Below are positions 52,765-64,000 of a DNA stretch of 64,000 bases, piece by piece. Numbering within the stretch: position 1 is the stretch's first letter; every line of letters starts with the position of its first letter. The position numbers were made by a program, and so were the translations under genes. The notes beneath the pieces are model-generated. The model saw nothing but the letters and a program-made list of their open reading frames with translations. It ran no database searches and was not told the DNA's origin. Origin of the DNA: the human T2T-CHM13v2.0 reference genome, Homo sapiens; the NCBI RefSeq assembly GCF_009914755.1, contig NC_060928.1. One strand, given 5' to 3'.

Positions 52765-54918
52765 ACTATAAAGAATAAAATAAAAATTACATAAAATCTT
52801 ACCATACAGAGATCTCTTCTCATTTTTATAAACCTAAATTAATACTAGAAAATACATATATTTGTGTTTATGCATATCGATAAACAGCTACATGTACATC
52901 TAGTTATAGAACGGAATAATTTCTCTTAATAATTTTATTATACTATTATCAGACTAATATATTTTTATTCTCCAAAATTCAAGCAATATATAAATATACT
53001 TTCAGACCTTTGTACACACACATATATAAACCCTTTTTAACATAAAATGGCAATACTACATTTATTTTTTCTATACCATAAGATTTTAAAACACATTTTG
53101 TCCTGTAATTCCTTTTGTATCTGTATCTATTTTATTTTTAAATAGTTGGATAATTTTCCATAATATTAGTATATTAAATTTATTTAAATATGAAATATTA
53201 TGTTGTTTTCAGCTCTTCAGATAATGCTACAGTAAAAACTAAATACATGCAAGGGCATTTTCCTTTTTTGTTGGTAAATTGTATTTATAATGTATATACG
53301 TGTCCCTTAAGTAACATGAGCTTTGGGAGAATTTTGCTATATTCTCATGGTTTTAAAATTTCACCATCATATGTCAAAGTGTTTTCTTGCCTTGCTTACT
53401 TCTTTTTCATCTATCTCAGCATTCCCTGAGACCCCACAATTGAATAACTTTTTTGATTTTGGGAACTAATCTTTTAGTATTTCTTTTTGTATGCCTTTTC
53501 TCAATTTTTTTTTTCGAAAAAACTTTAGTAAAGCACAGCAGGTTGGGACCCTTTCCTCCAGACCCATAGCCTTGAGGGGAAAATTCTTATTTTCTCCTTG
53601 CAGCCTGGTTCACAGGAATGTGACAGTTTATGACAAATAGAGAATGTTAACACTTTTAAGACATGGTTATCTAAATTGTATATTTTAATTGTATATTTTA
53701 TATCCATGATTCAAGGATCACATATGAACTGTGAAGACTGAATTGACCATGAAGTGCACCACAACGAGTACTGTTCTGATTATACAGGGTAAGATACTTA
53801 AAACAACCCACAAGGATCCACAGGGTATCTTTATATCAGGCTTTACTTAGGGTGAAGGTAGAACAGGACAGAACATACAGACATTTTCAGTGAGGTCTGA
53901 AAATTTCCAGGCGCAGACCCTCAGATTCTCACTCAGTTGCACAGGATATGCTTTTTATTTAAATTTTTGATTTCTATGTTCACTGGACTAGAAAAATCAT
54001 CCACCCTCCATAAGTACTTCTTGTGTTTTTCTGCTGTGAAGATCCTTGAACTTCCTTTGCTTACCCCTTTTTTCCTTGGCATGCTATTTGGCTATCTTTT
54101 AAGTTTGTTTCATCTAGTTCCCTGAAGCAATAATACTTGTCCAAGATATTTGTCATATTTCTTTTGAAATAACACCCCTCTTAAGTGACCTATGTGTGAC
54201 AATAAGACCTTTTCCTCAGTATGTTTTCCATTATTAAAGAAAAAAATCAGTTTACCTTAGAACACCTTACCTGTACCAATTTCACTCAAGACTCCTTAAG
54301 GGCATTTTGAAGAACGTTGGTTTATCCAACAGCAGGTTGTTGCCAATGGATGCTTATTGCTTGAATACTATTTGTGTATATATTTAAGATGCCAAAATTT
54401 TGAGTTCTCTTGAATGATCTCATATAAGTAGTAGTTATTCCCAAAATATATTTTTGTATGAGTATGCCAAGGAGCTTCATATAGCCATTGTTAGTAAACA
54501 TTGCGACTATCATTGGCCAAACTGACCTTGGCTGCAGGTGACATATATTATTTACTTTGATTATTGCCCTCAATCCACAAAGACATGATCTTTCAGCATT
54601 AGGACATATGAAACGATGATGAGTCAGATACAAAACAGATATTTTGTGTCTTATTATCTGGTCACTGCCTTTATTAGTGTGTTTAAACAAACTAGTTGGG
54701 AAGTGTCAGAGTTCCTGAGAAGGTCTGTAGGCCTCTTCTCTGCAGGCCAGAGGAAATGATGGGAGACACTATTCCATCTTGTGAAGGAGAGTATGAAGAA
54801 AATTTTATATATAAATGATAGTTATCTCATGTTAAGTAGAAATATAATGTTGTTTTTGAATGGCACTTAAGTAAGTGCTAAAGGAGGAAAATGGATGCTG
54901 AGATGCAAAATTGTGAAT

Positions 54919-55235
54919 TGTGCTGGTCATTTAGTTTCAAATTCATTTTCTATACTTCCTTATGAAACCCATTTCCCTGAAGCCTTGGCAAATGGCTTCT
55001 TGCAAGATGCAACCAGTGGGAGCTTTAGCTGAGGTGACACAATTCCTTCTCTTGTCCTTCCAGCTTTATAGATGTTAACAATATCTTAGTGTTGCAAATA
55101 TTCAGGCTGTGTCACTAGTTTCTATTTGATTTTTCATATCATTTAGGACCTTCATAAATAGAGCTTATATTAAACTTCATTTACTGGACCACCCAGCAAG
55201 GGCTTTATTCTACTGACAAGATCCTCACTGATACA
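54919..55235 (+). mobile_element. LTR33-like ERVL LTR (degenerate, internally deleted)
   Basis: tgtgctggtcatttagtttc...catttccctgaagccttggc...ataaatagagcttatattaaact...cctcactgataca. Confidence 0.6.
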
Positions 55236-56655
55236 ATGATCTTTTAGTTAACCCATCAATTGTATCATTTTTTTTTCAGTATTTTGAAACAATTGGAAAA
55301 CACCTGCTTTGCAAATGCACTTGGTTCTCAATAATTGAAGCTGTTCTTTCAATTTCTGTGATGTATGCCAAACAACTTTAGAAAATTGATCAAAAAACTA
55401 TTACTCTTTTAAAATGACCTATTTCACTTTCACTTAGAGAAAACTTATTGAAGCTGATTCACTCAAAAAGGGTAGAATTTAAATCTTGTTAATCTGAATT
55501 CATTTTTGTCGATGAAGTATTGTTGGATTATTAATTTTATTTTATCACTTTCTTTATATTTATTTTTCTCAAAATCATAGCCCAATAGCTTTTGCTTAAA
55601 TAATGTACAAGGAGATTTGGCTCTTCAATCTAATTTGCAAAGCCAATCTTCATTATAAAAGCAATCAGCCTTATCAGATTTACATTCTATCATATAAAGC
55701 CCAACTTCAAATTTTAAATTAAATAAATGTTTAAATTAAGTGAAATTATATACCCATAAGAACCATAATACTTCTGAATGAGGCAACAGCTTAGTTTAAA
55801 TTTATTCTATTTTATCATAAAATGTTGAAACAACTGTTGTTAATTTTTTATCTTGAAATTAGTAACACTTATTTTTCAATGGCTGTGTTCAGATGAATAT
55901 TCAATTTTATTGAGTAATACTTGTTTAGGCATATAGCAAAATTCCTGATTTACACAGGAAGAAGAGCAACTGAGTCTATTCTTGTGCCACCTCTCGGCAG
56001 TATCTCTTTCTGTAGAGCTTCTCATATGCCAATCTCAAATAAAACATTATCATTTTAAATAAATCTGTCCACATTTTTTAAAACTTTCTTCTACTTGTTT
56101 CCTTGGCCAGTCTTTAATGCTATAATTTATTCCATAAAGTCATTTTAATGGGTGAAATTTTAGGCATAAATTAACCAGGATTTATTGGAAACAACTATAA
56201 ATTCACCAATTTAGAAAGCATATCTTTTATCTTCTACAATTGGTGCCACAAATTTCTGATAAATATATTCTGCAAGGTCATAAACTTTGTGACCTACAGC
56301 AGTGTCATGATATCAATATATCAAATTATCCTTTTGTTTGTATCACAATTCCCAATTTCTAATCAATAAATCCCTTTCATAACAACACACTAGAAAACAT
56401 GCATTGAATATACTTGAATTACTTTCCCCAGAAAAATTCTCGAGTAATGTACATATACTATTTCTAAGGGAATAATAATAAGCTCCTGGTAAACTTATGC
56501 ACTGGTTTAAGCATAGTTTTGTTCCTATCAAAGTAATAAATAACAGTCATTTACAAGTTGTTCTTGGTGCTATTAGTGTATGATTTTTGACCACAGGTAA
56601 AATAGATCAGAGTGCACAAATTAAATGTAGGAACAAAAAAGTCTCAAATTCATCA

Positions 56656-56916
<261 letters not shown>

Positions 56917-57053
56917 AAACTCATCATTTTTTCAGAAAGCTAATTTTGTGTGAAATAACAAGATGAGTAAGCCTATTAAAGTTGATATTTGTACTGGAAA
57001 TATCATCAGATCCTTAAATAGATAACTGTGGTCCCAGAATCACAACATGTGTT

Positions 57054-57430
57054 TGATATGGTTTGGCTGTGTCCCTACTCAAATCTCATCCTGAGTTGTA
57101 GTTCCCATAATGCCCACATGACATGGGAGGGACCTGGTTGGAGGTAACTGAATCGTGGGAATGGTTTCTGCCATGCTATTCTCATCATAGTGAATTAGCT
57201 CTCAGGAGATCTGATGGTTTTGCAAACGGCTTCCCCCTTTGCTTCGCTCTCATTTTTCTCCTTCCTGCTGCCATGTGAAGAAGGAAGTGGGTGCTTACAC
57301 TTTTGCCATGATTGTAAGTTTCCTGAGGCCTCCCAAGCCATGCTGAACTGTGAGTCAATTAAACCTCTTTCCTTTATAATTACCCAATCTGGGTACATCT
57401 TTATTAGCAACATGAGAACAGGCTAATACA
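57054..57430 (+). mobile_element. THE1B/C MaLR solo LTR
   Basis: tgatatggtttggctgtgtccc...ctttattagcaacatgagaacaggctaataca. Confidence 0.9.
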
Positions 57431-58260
57431 CTGCTTAATTAGTTCTTTTTCATAAATCCATTTAATGATCAGAGAATTTACCATAGTAATAATAAAATTG
57501 GTATATGCAGATATATTATTCTTAACTCACTATTAAGCATTTTTGATGTTCTATGAAACATTTATACTAATCTTAAGAAAATTTGATTTTCTTCTAGTTC
57601 TTCATTTTGAGTAATGGTTGAAAACATTTTAAAGGATATGATTAGTTGGGCTATAGTTTGCTTGCTCTGGTACAGCCTTTAGAATAACCATGGCTTAAGC
57701 TCAACTGTTTATCCTTCTATCAAATAACAGTTCCAGAATAAGCCAACTAGTACACTCATCTGCCTTCCCTAGTGTGTTCATCTTATAAGCTGAAAGATGT
57801 TGCCATCTAGAATTATTACTGTGATGAGTGAAAAGTAATAGATTTAATGTGGACAACTATCAGCCTCTTCCACAGTCCCAAAGATTCAAGTGCTACTAGT
57901 CAAAATGCCACTAATCCCACAGTGAATATGTTTTCTGTCATAGCAGCCCTCTCTACAGGTCAACTACTCCCTCTTCACAGGTCAACTAATGGAACTCTAG
58001 GACTAGCTGAATGTTATGAAGTGATTTCTGTTGACTATGCCAAGACTCCACCCCTACCTGAATTCAATTGTAAAAAAAAAAAAATCTATCAAATATTAGA
58101 GAAATTCCAAATTTGGAGAAGTGCATAAAACTTGTTTATACAAACATTTTCAATGGTTTTCCCACTGCAAACAAGTGTTAGTTTCCAGCCTAAAGTGTAT
58201 ATGATTTCACAGCTATTTAAGGCTCTATTCTATGCATTTTTACAACCACATACCAAATTC

Positions 58261-58768
58261 TGTCATACTTAGGAAATAGTTGGGGCCGCTATGGAAGGGA
58301 CTCCAATGGATGGTTAAAATAAGAAAGACTTTATTTCTTTCCCATGTTACAAGGCTATGGATGAGCTTTCCAGGGTGTATATGGAAATTCCACTATGTTG
58401 GAGACTCAGACCATTTCTAGTCCGCTTTTGTTACGTAACTTGTTGCCTTTGTTCTCACTATTCAAGAGACTTATGACCACCACATGATCTGCAATACAGC
58501 CCAGAGAGAAGGAAGGTGAAAAATAGCAACTCTTCTCTTATTTTAAAGTCATGATGCAGAAGTTGCACATATTCCCTTCACTAATATTACATTGTCCTGA
58601 ATATAGTTATTTGGTTGCAAGGCACAAGCTGCAACCAGTCTCAAGGGAAACCAGGAAATGATGTTAATCACTGGTCAGTTTTAGACCCATCAAAAAATTG
58701 TTTTACTGTGGAAGAATGAAAGCACTAATTTGGGGGAGGGGGTGAAAGGCAACTAGGAGTTGTATAAC
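58261..58768 (-). mobile_element. Old MLT1 (J/K-like) LTR
   Basis: Degenerate match: aaaataagaaagactttatttct...cagaagttgcacatattcccttcact...caagggaaaccaggaaatg...ggcaactag. Confidence 0.5.
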
Positions 58769-59869
58769 AAAATATTTTTTCAAAATTCCAAAGTTGATAA
58801 TATTTTAAAAATTATTACTATGCATAGACTATTAAATAGAATTAAAATATAATTCTATGTAAATGCATGCTTTTAGATCTTAATAAACTATACAAACGAG
58901 GATACATATATGTATATAAACAAAACTAATCAGTTAAATTTTAATTTTATCAATATAATGTGATAGATGATTTGTTTATCTTTTTATTGGTATTAACAAA
59001 AAATTATGTAACCTCAGGTTCAATTTTATATTTAATCTGTTTCTATATGTTAGAATAGTACAGAAAATGTCTATGTACGTAAAAATGCTTTATTAAATAT
59101 TAGTGAAGTTTATGTTTATTTGTTAGTTATGTGAATTAAGAAAACACTCCTAACCAAAATACACTTTATCAATTCTCATATTCTATTTTGATGAAAAATG
59201 TTTCATCAGTTTGGAAATCATTATTCTTAAGAATTTTTCCAAGCTTTGTGTTCTACTGTAGAAATAATTAGCATTTCATCTAACTGAAATATGTATTAAG
59301 TCTAACTCAATTATTGCTGGAAGCCTAAGTCAAATTTTTCACTTTACTGATCATATTTCAATTACTTATAATGAACTGTTACAAAATAGCATAATAAAAA
59401 TTGTAAAGTCTTTTGTTTCAAAATTAAGAGAGTGCTGAATGATATAATCTGGATTATTTTAAGTTTAGCATGTAACATTCATGCTATGTGAAGGCTCAGT
59501 TCTTCCACTGCTTTCTAGCACTTGAAATAGAAAAAAAACATCATACTTAAATTAGACTTGGATTTACATTTAACCAGAGCAAACATAAAGACAAATACAG
59601 GCATGTGTGGTGATATTTTGTGGCAATATCCATTGTAATTGTATTAGTTTTTAATTTAAATTAAATAACAGAAACAATTTTCAGGAGAGCTTGAGCACCC
59701 AAGAGAATAATCTCAGTTTAAGAATCTCTGACATGGTACAACCAGAAGAGACTCAGGGGCAGCTGAACCTGATGCTCATCCTTAAGGCTGACACAATTTG
59801 CTGGGAAGCAAGCCCAAGTAATTCAATGCAATTGAGAGACCCAGAATTGCCTAGATTACCTACATTTCT

Positions 59870-59975
59870 TTTTTAAATAAATAAACAAACAAACAATAAA
59901 TAAATAAGTAAATCGTATGTACTTAAAGTTTAAACATGATGTTACAGGATACATATAGATAGTAAAATGGTTTAG
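59870..59975 (-). mobile_element. L1MA 3' tip
   Basis: aatcgtatgtacttaaagtttaaacatgatgttacaggatacatatagatagtaaaatggtt. Confidence 0.55.
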
Positions 59976-61579
59976 AGAAACGTAGACTAGTATAAGACAT
60001 CATTGATGCTCCAATTGGAATATGGATGTGAATGTATTTACATTAAAGCAGTGATGAGTGTATAATCGTGATGATGGCCCAGGAAAGAACAGAATTAGTA
60101 ACAGTGAGTCATTGGACATATGATTATCTCCCATATAGTTATCCTAATATTTGCCATATTTACTTTAGAACTATTACAACCTTTTTTCTTTCTCAGATTA
60201 TTACATAATAACAAAGACCATGCAAAGAGCGTATGAGTATTCTTAACAAGGTTATGGGTACAGTTCACCAATATGGGGTACCATTACTTGGTTTATGCTT
60301 AAACATACTGAGTTAAACATTTCATTTTGTATTTGGAAGAAAAATATATCTTTCATACTCTCAAATACACCACAGGTGGAAAATTATAATAATATTAAAA
60401 ATGATTAAAAATGATAAAATGTTTTTAAAGTGATAAAAAATGAAATCATATAATATTTTTATGTTATTCTGATAAACTAACCCTATAACAAACACCTTAA
60501 CAGTGGCTTAAGACAATAAAGTTTTGCTTCTCATTCATATCATGGCTAGAGGCCTGTACTAGAGCTTCTGGTGGCTGTTTACTAATTTCTTGGCTACTTC
60601 AAGGTAATTGCATTAACAGCTGGTGCATGCTTCGGGCTTGTACGCTGAACATTCAGTACGAAACTTGCTTCTTCAGTTTCTCCAATTATGTTATATGCCT
60701 CAAGCCTCCTGTATTAAATCTCCTCTTAATTAAAATACTTGGAATGACTTCGAGTTTTCTAAGCTAAGAAATGTGGCTGACCTTTGAGAATTAAAGAAAT
60801 TTTATCACCGCAGAATAAAAGCATAGAGAATATTTTTAATTCTACAGGATTGACTAAGCTCCTCGGACTAGCAATCTATTTAACACAGTATTCGTATATA
60901 TGAAGAGATGATCAGATCGGGAAATGCTCAAAATGAACTATAGAAACTATCAGCATTCAGAAAGAAAAATTATGGAGTGTATGTTGCAATCATTGTTTAA
61001 ACAACAGAGATAAACAGGTGAATTTGTGTTCTCAATGAAGATGTGCAAATAGCATCAGACAATATCTCACTCATTGCTTAGGACTTTCTGAATCTTTTTG
61101 CTCTATCCATGTTTATTACAAAAGCAATTGCCAATTCTGCTGGTCAGATGTCTTGGAACTGGGAGAGGCATAACCTGAATAAGGAACTCAAGCATCTCTG
61201 TTATTGGAATAAATGATAAATGCTTTATAAATTAAGAATTTAATTTTGGTTACTATATATCTCTCATATGTTAGGGTGATATAATTACAAAATTCCAACC
61301 ATTCTGGGCCATGTCTTAGCCTTTTTGGAAGTCACATAACTGGCCTTTTCATGGCAAGCCTTTACAATAAAACAGTGCTTTCCAAACACTAAATGTGCCT
61401 ATCTAAATATTGTAAAATGAGAAAATATATTACAATTACTCATTTTATAAATGCTTTGTTGGAGTGTTATTATTCTTTCAAGAAACATACATTAGATGAC
61501 AGGGGGTTAGGACCAAAAGCTTTATATGAAAGTCAAAAGAAAGATCAATTATGTTTCTATTTTATTCTCTTTGCATTTG

Positions 61580-62126
61580 CATTTGTTTTCTATCAATGTG
61601 TAAAAAATGACAACAAACTTATCAACTAAATTAGTATAAATGTAATTTTCTCACAGTTTCTGTGGGCCTGGAATCTGGGTAGGGGTTAGCTGGATTCTCT
61701 GCTGAGTTTCATGAGACTGAAATCAATGTGTTAACAATGCTGTAGTTCTCATCTGGGGCCCAGGGTCCTCTTGCAAACTCACTGCTTGTGGTTGGATTGC
61801 TGTTCCTGAACGGTTTCCTTGCCAGCTCTTGGCCTGGAAATCCTCGAGCTATTAGAAACTACCCTTATGTCAGCAGTTCACAATGTGACCATTTGCTTTT
61901 TTCCAGGCCAGCAGGAGCACATCTCTCTTATCTATTTCTGTAAAACCAGCTAAAGAAAACACTTCTGCTTCGACTCTCAGTTCCACCAACAATAATATCC
62001 TCTTTGCTGTATAGCACAACATAATACCAGCAGTGATAGCTTATTATATTCATGGGTTCTGTCTATGATCAAGGGGAATGTAGGGAGCAGCAATCTTGGA
62101 AGTTGTCTTAGAATCCTGCTTATCAC
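61580..62126 (-). mobile_element. MLT1E-like MaLR LTR
   Basis: tctcacagtttctgtgggcctggaatctggg...ttagctggattctctgct...tcttagaatcctgcttatcaca. Confidence 0.7.
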
Positions 62127-64000
62127 AGCATTAGTTGTTAGTTATTAGTAATAATAATACAAATGTATTAGTTTTTGTGGCTTCAAATACATGTTTTATT
62201 TTCTTTTCTGAAGTTTAAATATACAGATTTTTAAGATAAATAATAAAATAAGACATAATGTATATTTAATAATAATGTGTCCGTCTGTATCTCTGGATGT
62301 AAACTAGAAAAATTGCCACTGTGATCAAATTTTGAGTTTTTCATGAGTTTAGCATTTGTGAAGCAGTTCAAATTTAGATTAATGCAATTACAATTTTTTA
62401 TTACTCCAGTTTTCTTTTGGACCTTTGTCTGTCCAGGTATTTTAGAAAATTGAAGGTTCTTTAGTTTTCATTGAGGGCAAGTCTTTAAGTTAGGAAAACT
62501 TAATAGTCCTTTTCATTTTTCTTTATAGAAAGAAAATAAATTGTTGTAAATTAAAACTTTAAAGTCATTCCCATTAATATCCAGAATTCTGCTTAAAAGT
62601 TCTGTGTAAATATTATCTTAAAGTATATTTCTACTTTGTCTATAACTCTTTGTACAGTAAGTGTAATAAATGCTTTTTGTTATTGTTATTGTTCTTCTCA
62701 TTCATTTATTTTTCCTCTGCTGACTCTTGGAAGTTTAGAATTAAAAATGTTATTTTAAAGTCCCACAAAGACATCCTGAAGGTAGACTACAGACAAAAGT
62801 TAGTTCATTAAACTTGCCTAGCAGTGCAGGAACATTTCTTTGACAGTGGTTCAGTAGTGTCTCAAAGTACGAGTTAGGGAAGTGAACTTACAGCAATTTA
62901 GGCAATGGACTCCATGGCATCAAGACTGTCCCAGATGGAGAACTGTTCAGAATGGGTAAACTAAGTAAGTTGCTATAATAGTCTTTTTCTTCTTGAAATA
63001 TGTGGGTCTGTAAGAATTGCCATTCACAATTTGAACTTAAACACTTTATCACAATTGAAAGTTTGTGGTGATTCTTTGTGGAATAAGTAGTTGTGTTATA
63101 AAACAGAAAATTATGATATGCTCCAATTTCACTCTGTATAGAATACTGGTTATGACAGAAGTTGAAAAGAGGATGATATAGTAAGAAGTAGAACTAACTT
63201 ATCTTGATATTTTGAAGAATATACACAGACGTCAATAACTTAATGAAGAGATTTCTATGTTTGCCATTTTTATGTAATTTTTTGTTTAGAACATTTAATC
63301 TAAAATAAAAGTAATAATTTAAGCTAAAATAATAGAAAGCAAATGAAGAAACACAGCAACAACCTTTCTAAAACAAAGGATGTTCTAATTTTGTATCATT
63401 TCTTGAGTTACTTCTTAGTAAGCATTATAATTACTGTGAAATAACACCATTGTTAAACGATCAGTCACAAAATTAGAGCTACCACATCTAGATGAAAGCC
63501 TTAAATTCACATGTTTATATATAATTAGTTTTGGTTGTTAAGATCCATTTTATGTACAAGTCTGGGAACTTCGTTAAAGCACTTGAACATATTGTTCATA
63601 GTTAATGATTGTGAAAACGCTCTACGTTAACACACATCAATCCAGAAAAATATAAAGTATGAAAGAAGAGTGCAACCAATATGCCAATATTTTTAGTTTT
63701 GGAAAAAAAAATCTAATACTTTCTTAAAATTAAAATGTTTCACAAATGCTTTCACGTTGTATTTGTGATTTGTTGTTCTTTGTTTAAAATTGAAATGAGA
63801 TACATATACTAGTTGAGGTTTGTTCCTAAAATTCTGTATGCTATATGACTACATGAATATAGAGTAGCAGTGAAACTTAAGTTGTTTCATTGAATTTGGA
63901 TTAACTAGGATTTGTCTCTGATTGATTATTGTGATTCCTGATACAAATAATATTAAAGTTCATTTTGACAGGAATTGACATTTATGTTTCAGGAGACAAC

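Noticed and set aside
56275-56295. AGGTCA-n9-TGACCT nuclear receptor-like inverted repeat
   Set aside because: The 9-bp spacing is not a canonical ERE (IR3) or FXR (IR1) spacing, and it is isolated, so chance is plausible.

Overview
This is AT-rich primate genomic DNA, most likely human or hominoid given the Alu, L1PA and HERV-K(HML-2) LTR5 content. I find no supportable protein-coding, rRNA or tRNA gene; the ORFs I can place fall in Alu, L1, L2 or LTR relics, and the rest are short AT-rich frames with no recognisable domain. A large share of the window is interspersed repeats: L1PA/L1PB/L1MA/L1M fragments, Alus and FLAMs, MaLR/ERVL solo LTRs (MSTA, MSTC/D, THE1, MLT1, MLT2, LTR33), MER57, L2 and MIR. 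The most striking structure is a ~5.5 kb head-to-head fold-back palindrome made from L1PA ORF2 (15712-21258). Its arms share inactivating mutations, contain a sharply bounded ~420 bp near-identical tract consistent with arm-to-arm gene conversion, and have a 55-bp mosaic duplication. A 961-bp LTR5_Hs-like solo LTR with a 6-bp TSD and an OCT4-type motif sits in the right arm only. Also present are two twin-primed L1 insertions, a 650-bp A/T-only minisatellite, a 79-bp tandem duplication and a perfect 14-bp hairpin. Subfamily names come from remembered consensus sequences, not a database search, and boundaries without a TSD are approximate.
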